DNA of 64,000 nucleotides from Anaeramoeba ignava BMAN (Eukaryota; Protista; Anaeramoebae): the NCBI GenBank assembly GCA_028826165.1, contig JAPDFW010000070.1, positions 868,001 through 932,000 of the forward strand, given 5' to 3'. A program made the position numbers and the translations under genes. The notes under the pieces are model-generated. The model had not been told where the DNA came from, searched no databases, and worked only from the letters and a program-made list of their open reading frames with translations. How positions within the stretch are numbered: position 1 is the stretch's first letter; each line of letters starts with the position of its first letter. Below, piece after piece: positions 39,800 to 52,902 of the stretch.

Positions 39800-42700
39800 A
39801 TGGCAGGTTTGTTTTATGAAGTTTTAAATAGAAAATATTTTATCCCCTAATGTTTATTTTTTAAAATCAATATAAAGAGCAAAAATATAAGATCAAAAAT
39901 ATAAAAAAAATTTTTTTTTATTTATATTATTAATAATAAAAAAACACAACAAAGAAAAAAAAAAAAGCAAAAAAAAAAACATAATAATAATAAACAAAAT
40001 TTAATTCGAAAATGAAATTATCAAAGATTTAACGCCCAATTATATTTTAAATCAAACTGGCATTTCAAAACAAATTTATAAACAAATATATAAACAAATT
40101 TATAATTAAATTTATAAATAAATATATAAATAAATATATATTTAAATATATAAATAAATATATAAATAAATATATAAATAAATATATAAAAATAAATAAA
40201 AATAAATATAAATAAATTTAAATAAATAATAAATAAATAAATAAATAAATATATAAAAATATAAATAATATATAAATAAAATATAAACAAATATAATAAA
40301 ATAATAAATATATAAATAAATATATAATTAAATAAATATATAAATAAATAAATAAAAAAATATAATTAAATAAACATAAATATAAATAAATATATAAATA
40401 TATAATTAAAAAATTTATATAAATTTATAATTATAAAAATATATAATAAAAATATATAAATAAATATATAAATAAAATAAACAAATATATAATTAAAATT
40501 ATATAAATATATAAATTATATAAACAAAAATATAAAAAAAAAAATATATTAAAATTTATATTAAAATTTATATATAAAAATAAAATTTATATTAAAATTT
40601 ATATTAAAATTTATATTAAAATTTATATAAAAATAAAATAAATATATAAATAAATATAAAAATATATATAAATAAAATATAAATATTAAATATATATAAA
40701 AATAAATAAATATATATAAATAAATATAAATAAATATATAAATAAATATATAATTAAATATATAAATAAATATATAAATAAATTTATATTAAAATATATA
40801 AATAAATTTATATTAAAATTTATATTAAAATTTATATTAAAATTTATATTAAAATATATAATTAAAATTTATATTAAAATATATAATTAAAATTTATCAA
40901 AATTCAAACTTCTTCATTTTAGAATCCAATTCGGAACTTTCTCTTGACGAAAAAAGTGATGGAAAAGAAATTGAAATGGATAATGATAATAATGAAAACA
41001 AAGACCAGATAAATAATGATCAACCACATGAAACTACACACGATCAATCATTAATAAATTCAGATAAAAAAGATAAAGATAAAGACAAAAAAGATAAAGA
41101 TAAAAATGAAAATGAAGAATTAAGTCAAACAGTTAAATTAATTGAAAATCCTGAACAAATTCGACATAAATTTAAATTAAGAATTGATAAAATTACTGTA
41201 AATTGCTTTAAAAAGAAAAGAAAAGAATTTTTTGATGATTTTTAATTGAAACTTTTTCTTTTTGTTTGCTTTTCAAATTGAAAATAGTTTCGTGGATGTC
41301 AAATTGATAATCCACGTCTTCGTTTTATTTTAGGAGGAAATTTTAAAATTGTTGATAAAAGACATCTTGGTGGACAAATTGAAAAAACTGGAAAATTAGG
41401 GAAAAAATTTACAACAGGAAAATCTCCAAATTATAATGGAGGTTCTGGATCTTTTTCGAATACTTTTACAACAAAAAGAAAATTTAGTTATCAAGAGTTA
41501 AAAGAGCAAAATTTAACAATTGAAGTAAAATTAAAATTAAAATTATATTAAAAATTAAAATTAAAATTAAAATTAAAATTAAAATTAAAATTTAAAATTT
41601 AAATTTAAAATTATAATTAAATTTAAAATTAAAATTAAAATTAAAATTCATTTTGAAAATTAAAATTAAAATTCATTTTGAAAATTAAAATTAAAATTAA
41701 AATTTAAAATTAATATCAAAATTAAAATTAAAATTAAAATTAAAATTATATTAAAATTTAAAATTAATATCAAAATTTAAAATTATAATTAAATTTAAAA
41801 TTAAAATTAAAAAAATTTTAAAGCTTTTTGATAAAAGTTGTTGTGGATTTAAAAGTAAAAATCATGGAGATGTTAAAATAAATTTAGAAAAATTAGCAAA
41901 TGGAAATATACAACAAACAGTGAAAACAGAAATACACGAAAAGAATTCACACAAAACAACGTGTGAAATTTCATTCCTTTGTTATTTTCAAGAGATTTTT
42001 ACATTCAATCTTCATTTCTATTGTTGGCGGGGTAGAAATTTAATTGCAGCTGATAGTGATGGAACATCTGATCCATATGTTCATATGAAAATTTCAAAAA
42101 CATTTTCCAATTTCTTTAAAAAAGGTGGAGTTTTTGGAAGAAAATGTTCTTCTAAACCTGATTTTAATACTCTTCAACCTTATTGGGATGATGTTGGTCG
42201 TGTTTCTTATTATGGAATTCGTAGTGAATTAGAAAATGAAGATTTAATTTGCACTGTTTATGATTGGAAGTAATTATTTAGAAAATACAATTAAAAATAA
42301 ATATTAAATATTAAATTAAATTAAATATTAATATTAAATATTAAAATAAATATTAAATATTAAATATTAAAATAAATATTAAATATTAAATTAAAAATAT
42401 TAAATATTAAATTAAATTAAATATTAAATATTAAATTAAATATTAAATATTAAAATAAATATTAAATATCAAATATTAAATATTAAATATTAAATATTAA
42501 ATATTAAATATTAAATATTAAATATTAAATATTAAATTAAATATTAAATATTAAATATTAAATTAAATATTAAATATTAAATTAAATTAAATATTAATAT
42601 TAAATATCAAAATAAATATTAAATTAAATTCAAAAAAAAGTCGAATTGAAAAAGATAAAGTAATCGGACATTCTGAGATCGAAATGAGAGGATTTGCAGA

Positions 42701-45127
42701 TACAGGAGTATTACAAGGAGCATTATATCTAAAAACAGGAGAACAAGAAGGGGAAACGAACCCATCAAACGTAAAAGACGCGGGATATATAGATGGACTA
42801 GTTGAATGTGAAGATATTCCACCACATTGCCAATACGGGGATATTATTATGTTAAAACCTGGAAGACCTTATCTTGCGGTTGAAGTATTAAGAGGATCCA
42901 ATCTCAATTCAACAGATGCAAATGGTTTTACTGATGCTTATGTTGTTGTTGAATGGGATGGTTTCCGTCAACGTACTAAGGTTGTTGAAAGAAGTTTGAA
43001 TCCCCAATTCATGGAAACTCTTTATTTCCCTGTTAAATTACCTTTTATGAGTGAAGCGGGTTTGGTTAAAAAGGGTAGTATTAAAATTACTGTTTTGGAT
43101 CAAGATGAAAAAGGTGATGATTTTCTTGGTGTTGCTTATATTTCTTTGAAATCTATTGCTCATGGAGTTACTGAGAAATATGATCCACATGGTAAAAAAG
43201 AATTTAAATTTAAATTCAAAATTAAATTTAAATATTAAAATTAAAATCAAATTAAATTCAAAATTAAATTCAAAATTAAAATTAAAATTAAATTTAAAAA
43301 TTAAATTCAAAATTAAATTCAAAATAAAATTTAAAAATTAAAATTAAAATTAAAATTAAATTCAAAATTAAATTAAAAATTAAATTTAAAAATTAAATTT
43401 AAAATTAAATCAAAAATCAAATTTAAAAAATTTAAATTAAATTCAAAATTAAAATAAAATTAAATTCAAAATTAAATTCAAATTTAAAAAATTGAAATTA
43501 AATTTAAATAATATTTTTCAGACGGAACAAACGTTCAAAAAGAAACAAGAGTCTACACAGCAAGCCTTCAATTAGTCTTCAATGGAGAATTAACAGAGCA
43601 ATACCTTGAGACAAGATCATGGTTTCAACCAGCTTTACCAAACGATTTCAAACTTGAAAACGCCGATTTATTTGGAATCAAAACACCACTTGAAGAGAAA
43701 TATCGGAAACGAGAACAAGAATGGAAAAAATTCATACCAAAAACACATCTAGAAGCTGTAGAATATCCGATCTCAGGAACAGACGAGAACTTTTGCGAGC
43801 ATTTCATACCAACATACATGCAACCAATTTTGTTACCACACGAACTGCGTGACAAACAAGAGATCATTCGCACAGTAAAATGCATCCCATTTGAAAACGA
43901 CGAGGAAACATTTAACGGAAGAGACGATGTGTGGTGCAGTCCAAATTTCTTCTTGGATCTGAAGAAAGGCTCAGCAGAAGAACATGCAATGCTGATTGTC
44001 AACATGCTTCTCGGACTCGGTCTTAAGGCTTATTTTTGTTATGGCAAAACTTACTCAGGTGATCCCCACACTTGGGTCATGACTCTTGCAAGCAACGGTT
44101 CTGTTTCTTTTTATGAAACTTCCACTGGAAAGGAATATGTGCTTAAGGATCAATGGGGCGGATATAAAGACAGCGAGCAAAGTCTTTATGATGCGCTCGC
44201 AACTGACACCGATTTAGATCAACCCAAAAAACCTCTTTCTAAACAAAATGACGAATTGGAACTCGATTCGGATGTTGATGAGCCTGTCAAAAAAAAAATC
44301 CAAACAAACACAAATTTGCCGGAAATCGAAGTTTTAACGGAAAATAGGGAAAAATTGCCTTATATGAATCTTTCAATTGTTTCTGACAACACAAACTTAT
44401 GGGCCAACATACAGCCCTCTTTAGATCCCTGCAAAATTGACTACGATCTTTCCGATCGATCCAAATGGCTTCCCTTTATCGAATCAGTCGATGAAGAAGT
44501 AAAGCCTTTTGCCGAGCCAAGTCGAATAAGACCAAAAGTGCCAGCTGGCAGAATTGATTTGATGGCTTATCAGTTACAAAGCGAGATTGTTGCTGCTTAT
44601 AAAAACTGGAGACACGGAAATCATATGCGAACTTATTTCCATCCAAAATTGCCTGGAGTAATGAAGCATTTACTTTATTATTACGAGATGCAAGCCCTTG
44701 GAAAACTCGACAGCTCAGGCCATAAAGATCTCCTTATTTGGAAAGGCAAATTAACTGCTGCTGCGCCTGTTGGTTATTCTTTTGTTGGTGTTCCGTTGAA
44801 CTTCAATTATACCGATAATAAGAAAATTATTAAGTTTCTTTTTGAGAAGTTTGATTATCATACTGAAGTTAATCCTGATGTTTGTTTTGCTTGCAGTGTT
44901 TATATCAAATCTTATTTTAATTCCGTTTGTTCTGTTTGGGTTTTTATTGCGAAAATGGTTCCAAAACCAAAAGAAAAGAAAAAAGAAGAAACGAAAAAAG
45001 AAGAAACGAAAAAGAAGACAAAAACAATAACAATAATAATAACAATAATAATAACAATAACAATAACAATAAAGATGATAAAGATGATAATGATGATGAA
45101 TCTGAATTGGATTTAACTGATAATTGA
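39800..45127 (+). CDS. Multi-C2 protein with a C-terminal CEP76/CC2D2A-type transglutaminase-like domain
   Basis: ATG GCA G|GT at 39800; C2 motifs GRNLIAADSDGTSDPYV and GSNLNSTDANGFTDAYVVV; DVWCSPNFFLDLKKGSAEEHAMLI...HTWV...YETSTG...WANIQ...VWVF. The true C-terminus is probably ...ELDLTDN* after an A-run indel near 45010. Confidence 0.8.
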
Positions 45128-45342
45128 TTGATTTTAATTTTTAGTTCTTTTTCATTTCAATTATTTGATTTTATTTAAACAAAAAAAAATCATTTTTCCA
45201 AATTCAAAAAAAATCAAAAAAAAAATAAAAATATTCAAAAAGAAAAATTGATTGAAAAAAAATTTTATTTTGATGAAAGTAAAAAAGTAAAAAAGTAAAA
45301 AAGTAAAAAAGTAAAAGAAAAGAATGAAAAAAAGAATGGAAT

Positions 45343-45675
45343 TTAGTTTGTTTTTGTTAAATCTAAAATATCTGAATCACCAGGATCAATAATTGTAACA
45401 ACACTTGCTCTGAAATAACGACCGCATGATCTTCCAAGATCCACATTACTTCCTTTAAATTTAAGAACTGAAGAACCACTTAATAAAGAATAATATTCAA
45501 TTTCTGAACGTCTTAAAGGTGGACAATTATTTGATATCACAACTAATTTTGCTGTTTTTTTTCTAAGTGATTTTAAACATTGATTTTGTCCAAAAAAATA
45601 TTTTCCACTTTTCATAACAACTGCTAGTTTGTTTCCAATACCTTCTTGTGCAAGTTTCTTATTTTTTGGTGGCAT
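45343..45675 (-). CDS. RPL30: 60S ribosomal protein L30 (eL30)
   Basis: VMKSGKY, ISNNCPPLRRSEIEYY, DLGRSCG, DPGDSDI; 5'-UTR intron 45676-46947 is filled with (TTATAAATTTAA)n. Confidence 0.97.
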   Translation of the reverse strand: MPPKNKKLAQEGIGNKLAVVMKSGKYFFGQNQCLKSLRKKTAKLVVISNNCPPLRRSEIEYYSLLSGSSVLKFKGSNVDLGRSCGRYFRASVVTIIDPGDSDILDLTKTN

Positions 45676-46947
45676 CTTAAATTTTAAATAAATTTTAATA
45701 TAAATTTTAAATAAATTTTAAATAAATTTTGATATAAATTTTAAATAAATTTTGATATATATTTGATTATAAATTTAATTATAAATTTTAAATAAATTTA
45801 ATTATTATAAATTTAATTATTAATTTAATTATATATTTAATTATAAATTTAATTATAAATTTAGTTATAAATTTAATTATAAATTTTAAATAAATTTTGA
45901 TATATATTTGATTATAAATTTAATTATAAATTTATAATTATAAATTTAATTATAAATTTGATTATAAATTTAATTATAAATTTAATTATAAATTTAATTA
46001 TAAATATAAATTATAAATTTTAATATAAATTTTAAATAAATTTAATTATAAATTTAATTATATATTTAATTATAAATTTGTTTTATATATTTAATTTATA
46101 TATTTAATTATAAATTTAATTATAAATTTATTTATAAAATTATAATAATAAATTTAATTATAAATTTAATTATAAATTTTAAATAAATTTTGATATAAAT
46201 TTTAAATAAAATTTTGATATAAATTTTAAATAAATTTTGATATATATTTGATTATAAATTTATTATAAATTTAATTATAAATTTGATTATAAATTTAATT
46301 ATAAATTTAATTATAAATTTAATTATAAATTTAATTATAAATTTAATTATAAATTTGTTTATAAATTTAATTATAAAATTTAATTATAAATTTATTTAAT
46401 TATAAAATTGAAATATTATAAATTTAATTATAAATTTAATTATTTATATATTTAATTATAAATTTAATTATATTAAATTTAATTATAAAATTTAATTATA
46501 AATTTTTAATTTAAATTTAATTATATATATATAATTATAAATTTAATTATAAATTTAATTATAAATTTATTTATAAATTTAATTATAAATTTTAATTATA
46601 AATTTAATTAAATTTGTTATAAATTTAATTATATATTTTAATAAATTTAATTATAAATTTAATTATAAATTTAATTATAAATTTAATTATAAATATAATT
46701 ATAAATTTAATTATAAATTTAATCATATATTTAATTATAAATTTAATTATAAAATTTGATTATAAATTTATTTTATATATTTTTTATATATATATAATTA
46801 TAATTTATATAAATTTAATTATAAAATTTAAAATTTAATTTGTAAATATAATTATAAATTTAATTATATATTTAATTATAAATTTAGTTATAAATTTAAT
46901 TATAAATTTAATTATAAATTTAATTATAAATTTAATTATAAATTTAC

Positions 46948-47177
46948 ATTCTAAAATCTAATTAAAGAATAAAAGGAAAAAAATGAAAAAAAAATGAAAA
47001 AAAAAATTTTTTTTAATTTAAATAAAAAAAAAATAAATTACTAATTTTTATTCAAAATGAACTAAAATAAAAAAAAAATTTTTTTTAATTAAAAAAATAA
47101 AACAAAAAAAAAATTTAAATTTCATTTTTTTTTCCTTCCAAAACTTATAAAGAGAGGAAATTTAGAAAGGATTTAAA
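46948..47177. promoter_or_regulatory. Shared divergent promoter of RPL30 and RPS15A
   Basis: Each direction carries TCATTT followed by TTCCTT. Confidence 0.6.
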
Positions 47178-48404
47178 ATGGTTAGAATTTCTGTTTTAGC
47201 AGATTGCTTACTTGCAATGAGAAATGCAGAGAAAAGAGGAAAGAGACAAGTTTTAATTAGACCAGCATCAAAAGTTATAATAAAATTTTTAAAAGTTATG
47301 ATGAAACATGGTATTTATACTTTTTAATAACGATAACTGAAATTAAATTCTAAGATCTATTTCAATTTTAATTTCAATTTTAATTTCAATATCAAATTCA
47401 ATTTCAATATCAATTTCAATATCAATTTCAATATCAATTTCAATTTCAATATCAATTTCAATTTCAATATCAATTTCAATTTCAATATCAATTTCAATTT
47501 CAATTTCAATTTCAATTTCAATTTCAATTTCAATTTCAATTTCAATTTCAATTTCAATTTCAATATCAATTTCAATATCAATTTCAATATCAATTTCAAT
47601 TTCAATTTTAATATCAATTTCAATATCAATATCAATTTCAATATCAATATCAATATCAATATCAATATCAATATCAATTTCAATTTCAATATCAATATAA
47701 ATTTCTAAATTATATTTTAATTTAAATTTCAATTTTAATATCAATATCAATATCAATATCAATATCAGTATAAATATAAATATCAATATCAATATCAATA
47801 TCAATATCAATATCAATATCAATATCAATATCAATATCAATATCAATATCAATATCAATTTTAATATCAATTTCAATATCAATTTCAATTTTAATTTCAA
47901 TTTCAATTTCAATATCAATTTCAATTTCAATATCAATTTCAATATCAATTTCAATATCAATTTCAATTTCAATTTCAATTTCAATATCAATTTTCAATTT
48001 CATTTCAATTTCAATTTCAATTTCAATTTCAAATCAATTTCAATATCAATATCAATATCAAATTAAATTCAATTTCAATTTTAAATTCAATTTCAAATCA
48101 AAATTAATTTTAATTTAAATTTCAAAAAATTGAAAAAAAAAAAGGATATATTGGAGAATTTGAAGTTATTGATGATCATAGAAGTGGAAAAATAGTTGTT
48201 GAATTAATTGGAAGAATAAATAAATGTGGAGTTATAAGTCCAAGATTTGATGTTGGACTTGGTGATATTGAATCATGGGTTAATAATTTACTTCCTTCAA
48301 GACAATTCGGTTATATTGTTTTAACAACTTCTTATGGAATTATGGATCATGAAGAAGCTAGAAAAAAAAGAACTGGTGGAAAAATTCTTGGATTCTTTTA
48401 TTAG
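47178..48404 (+). CDS. RPS15A: 40S ribosomal protein S15a (uS8), absent from the ORF track
   Basis: MVRISVLAD...[14 protein letters not shown]...MMKHG|[35 protein letters not shown]...GGKILGFFY*; intron 47311-48144. Confidence 0.98.
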
Positions 48405-48762
48405 AAATCAAAATAAGAACAAAAGAATAAAGAAAATATTTTGACGCTTTTTTTTCTTTGAATTTTTTTTTCTCTTTTACTTTTACTTTTACTTTTTTTT
48501 TTTTTTGATAACTCTTCTTCAAATAATATTCTTCAATAAAATTTCATACACTTTCAAATTTTAAAATAGATTTTTGATAAATTTATTTTTAATAATCAAA
48601 AAAAAAAAGCAAAAAAAAAAATGGAACAAAAAAAAAAGAAGAAAGAAAAGAAATCAAAAATGATTTTTTTTAAAGAATTTGGAATTGAAAAAAAAAAATG
48701 AAAAGAATTGGAAACGAAACTAAATTAGAAGAGATTAGATTCTACATCAAATTTGAGAAGAA

Positions 48763-51700
48763 TTAACAACAATTTCGTTTATTTTTGGATTTTCTATCTT
48801 TTAAATCAACAAAATTCTTTCTTGATTGAGAATTTTTTGAATTTGCATCTGGATCATCATTATTAATCATAATTTGATGAATAGCAGCATCAGAATTTTT
48901 AAGGATTTCTTGAACTAAAGAAAAAACTGAATCATCAATTTTAGCTCCTGTTTTAGCAGAAACAAGAAAAACTCCATTAAATCCATTTTTTTGAGCATAT
49001 TGATTTAAATCAATTCCAATTTCTAATGGTTTATCGCTTTTATTTCCTATTAAAATAACTGGTATTTTTGGTGAATCGGTTTTTTCATCAAGATCTTGTT
49101 TCCATCTTTTAACGTTTTCGAATGTTGCTTGATCCGTAACATCGAAAACTACAAAAGCTCCTGATGTATTTCTGTAAAAAATTTTTGTTAATGATCCATA
49201 AGCTGAATCACCTGCAATATCTTTTTTTCATTATAATTTAATTTATAATTTTATTTATAATTTTATTTATAATTTAATTTATAATTTTATTTATTTAGAA
49301 ATTTATAATTTATTTATTTAGAAATTTATAACTTGATTTATAATTTAATTTATAATTTTATTTATAAATTTATTTATAATTTTATTTATAATTTTATTTA
49401 TAATTTAATTTATATTTTTATTTATAATTTAATTTATAATTTTATTTATAATTTAATTTATTTAGAAATTTATAATTTAATTTATTTAGAAATTTATAAT
49501 TTAATTTATAATTTAAATTTATAATTTAATTTATAATTTTATTTATAATTTATAATTTAATTTATAATTTAATTTATAATTTAATTTATAATTTTATTTA
49601 TAATTTTATTTATAATTTTATTTATAATTTTATTTATATTTTAATTTATAATTTAATTTATAATTTTAATTTATAATTTTTATTTATAATTTAATTTATA
49701 ATTTAATTTATAATTTTATTTATAATTTAATTTTATTTATAATTTTATTTATAATTTAATTTATAATTTTATTTATAATTTTATTTATAATTTAATTTAT
49801 AATTTAATTTATAATTTTATTTATAATTTAATTTATAATTTAATTTATAATTTTATTTATAATTTTAATTTATATTTAATTTATAATTTTATTTATAATT
49901 TTATTTATAATTTATTTATAATTTTATTTATAATTTTATTTATAATTTTATTTATAATTTTAATTTATAATTTTATTTATAATTTTATTTATAATTTTTA
50001 TTTATAATTTAATTTATAATTTAATTTATAATTTTATTTATAATTTAATTTATAATTTAATTTATAATTTTAATTTATAATTTAATTTATAATTTAATTT
50101 ATAATTTAATTTATAATTTTAATTTATAATTTTATTTATATTTTATTTATAATTTTAATTTATAATTTTATTTATAATTTAATTTTATAATTTTATTTAT
50201 AATTTTATTTATAATTTTATTTATAATTTTATTTATAATTAATTTATAATTTTATTTATAATTTTATTTATAATTTAATTTATAATTTTATTTATAATTT
50301 TATTTATAATTTTATTTATAATTTTATTTATAATTTTATTTATAATTTAATTTATAATTTTAATTTATAATTTTTAATTTATAATTTAATTTATAATTTT
50401 ATTTTAATTTTATTTATAATTTTATTTATAATTTTATTTATAATTTAATTTATAATTTTATTTATAATTTTATTTATAATTTAATTTATAATTTAATTTA
50501 TAATTTTTATTTATAATTTAATTTATAATTTAATTTATAATTTTATTTATAATTTAATTTATAATTTAATTTATAATTTAATTTATAATTTATTTATAAT
50601 TTAATTTTTATAATTTTATTTATAATTTTATTTATAATTTAATTTATAATTTAATTTATAATTTAATTTATAATTTTATTTATTTATAATTTAATTTATA
50701 ATTTTATTTATAATTTAATTTATAATTTTATTTATAATTTAATTTATAATTTTATTTATAATTTTATTTATAATTTTATTTATAATTTAATTTATTATTT
50801 TATTTATAATTTTAATTTATAATTTAATTTATAATTTTATTTATAATTTTATTTTAATTTTTTAATTTAATTTATAATTTAATTTATAATTTAATTTATA
50901 ATTTAATTTATAATTTTATTTATAATTTTAATTTATAATTTTATTTATATTTTTTATCAATTTTATAATTTTATTTTATAATTTTATTTACATAATTTTA
51001 ATTTATTTATAATTTAATTTATAATTTTATTTATAATTTTATTTATAATTTTATTTATAATTTTATTTATAATTTAATTTATAATTTAATTTATAATTTT
51101 ATTTATAATTTAATTTATAATTTTATTTATAATTTAATTTATAATTTAATTTATAATTTAATTTATAATTTATTTATAATTTAATTTATTATTTAATTTA
51201 TAATTTTATTTATAATTTAATATTTATTTAATTTAATTTATAATTTTATTTATAATTTAATTTATAATTTTATTTATAATTTTATTTATAATTTAATTTA
51301 TAATTTTATTTATAATTTAATTTATAATTTAATTTATAATTTAATTTATAATTTAATTTATAATTTAATTTATAATTTATTTATAATTTAATTTATTATT
51401 TAATTTATAATTTTATTTATAATTTTATTTATAATTTTATTTATAATTTATTTATAATTTAATTTATAATTTAATTTATAATTTAATTTATAATTTAATT
51501 TATAATTTTAATTTATAATTTTATTTATAATTTAATTTATAATTTTAATTTATATTTTATTTATAATTTAATTTATAATTTTATTTATAATTTTATTTAT
51601 AATTTTATTTATAATTTTATTTATAATTTAATTTATAATTTTATTTATAATTTAATTTATAATTTTATTTATAATTTAATTTATAATTTAATTTATAATT

Positions 51701-52727
51701 TAATTTATAATTTAATTTATATTTTTTATTTATTTTTTATTTTTAATTTAATTTATAATTTTATTTTAATTTAATTTATTTATAATTTATATTTTAATTT
51801 TATTTATAATTTTATTTATAATTTAATTTATAATTTAATTTATAATTTTATTTATAATTTAATTTATAATTTAATTTATAATTTTAATTTATAATTTAAT
51901 TTAATTTATAATTTTATTTATAATTTTATTTATAATTTTAATTTATAATTTTTATTTATAATTTAATTTATAATTTTATTTATAATTTAATTTATAATTT
52001 AATTTTATAATTTTAATTTATAATTTAATTTATAATTTTATTTATAATTTTATTTATAATTTTATTTATAATTTTAATTTATATTTTATTTTATAATTTA
52101 ATTTATTAATTTTAATTTATAATTTTAATTTATAATTTAATTTATAATTTTATTTATAATTTTATTTATAATTTTATTTTATAATTTAATTTATAATTTA
52201 ATTTATAATTTATTTATAATTTTATTTATAATTTTATTTATATTTAATTTATAATTTATTTTATAATTTTATAATTTAATTTTTAATTTATAATTTAATT
52301 TATAATTTTATTTATAATTTATTTATAATTTAATTTATAATTTATTTATAATTTAATTTATAATTTAATTTATAATTTATTTATAATTTAATTTATAATT
52401 TAATTTATAATTTTATTTATAATTTAATTTATAATTTAATTTATAAATTAATTTATAATTTTATTTATAATTTTATTTATAATTTTATTTATAATTTAAT
52501 TTATAATTTAAATGTAAATATAAAGGTTTACCCCAGAATTGAATGTTGACTTCTGTATTATTCACAACTAATGTTTTCATTCTATAATCAACTCCTAATG
52601 TTCTTTTTTCATTAATACTAAATTCTCCAGTTGTTAATTTTCTAAGAAATGATGTTTTTCCAACATTTGGATCACCAACAACTACAACTTTATAAAGTAA
52701 TTCAGTTTTTTTTGCTTCAATTGACAT
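48763..52727 (-). CDS. Rab GTPase, Rab32/38/7L1-like, with one 3.3-kb intron
   Basis: GDPNVGKT; TLGVDY; spliced WDIAG (a Rab32-family signature); WKQDLDEK; GNKSD; VSAKTG. C-terminal NKRNCC* requires one extra A near 48785. Confidence 0.85.
49221..52531 (-). repeat. 3.3-kb intron of (TTATAAATTAAA / TTATAAATAAAA)n 12-mers
   Basis: GTAAAC...AAAAAAAG boundaries; the largest intron in the window. Confidence 0.92.
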
Positions 52728-52902
52728 TTTTTTTGTTTGTTTTTTTTTTTAAATTTATTAAAAATTATTATTAAAAAGAAAAGGAAAAAAAAATGAAAAA
52801 TGAAAAAAAGAAAAAAATTTTTTTTTCATTTAAAAAAAAAAAAGATAAAAAGTATTTTTTCTTCAAATTTTTTTCTTTTTTTATTTTTTTAACTTTGAAA
52901 AA

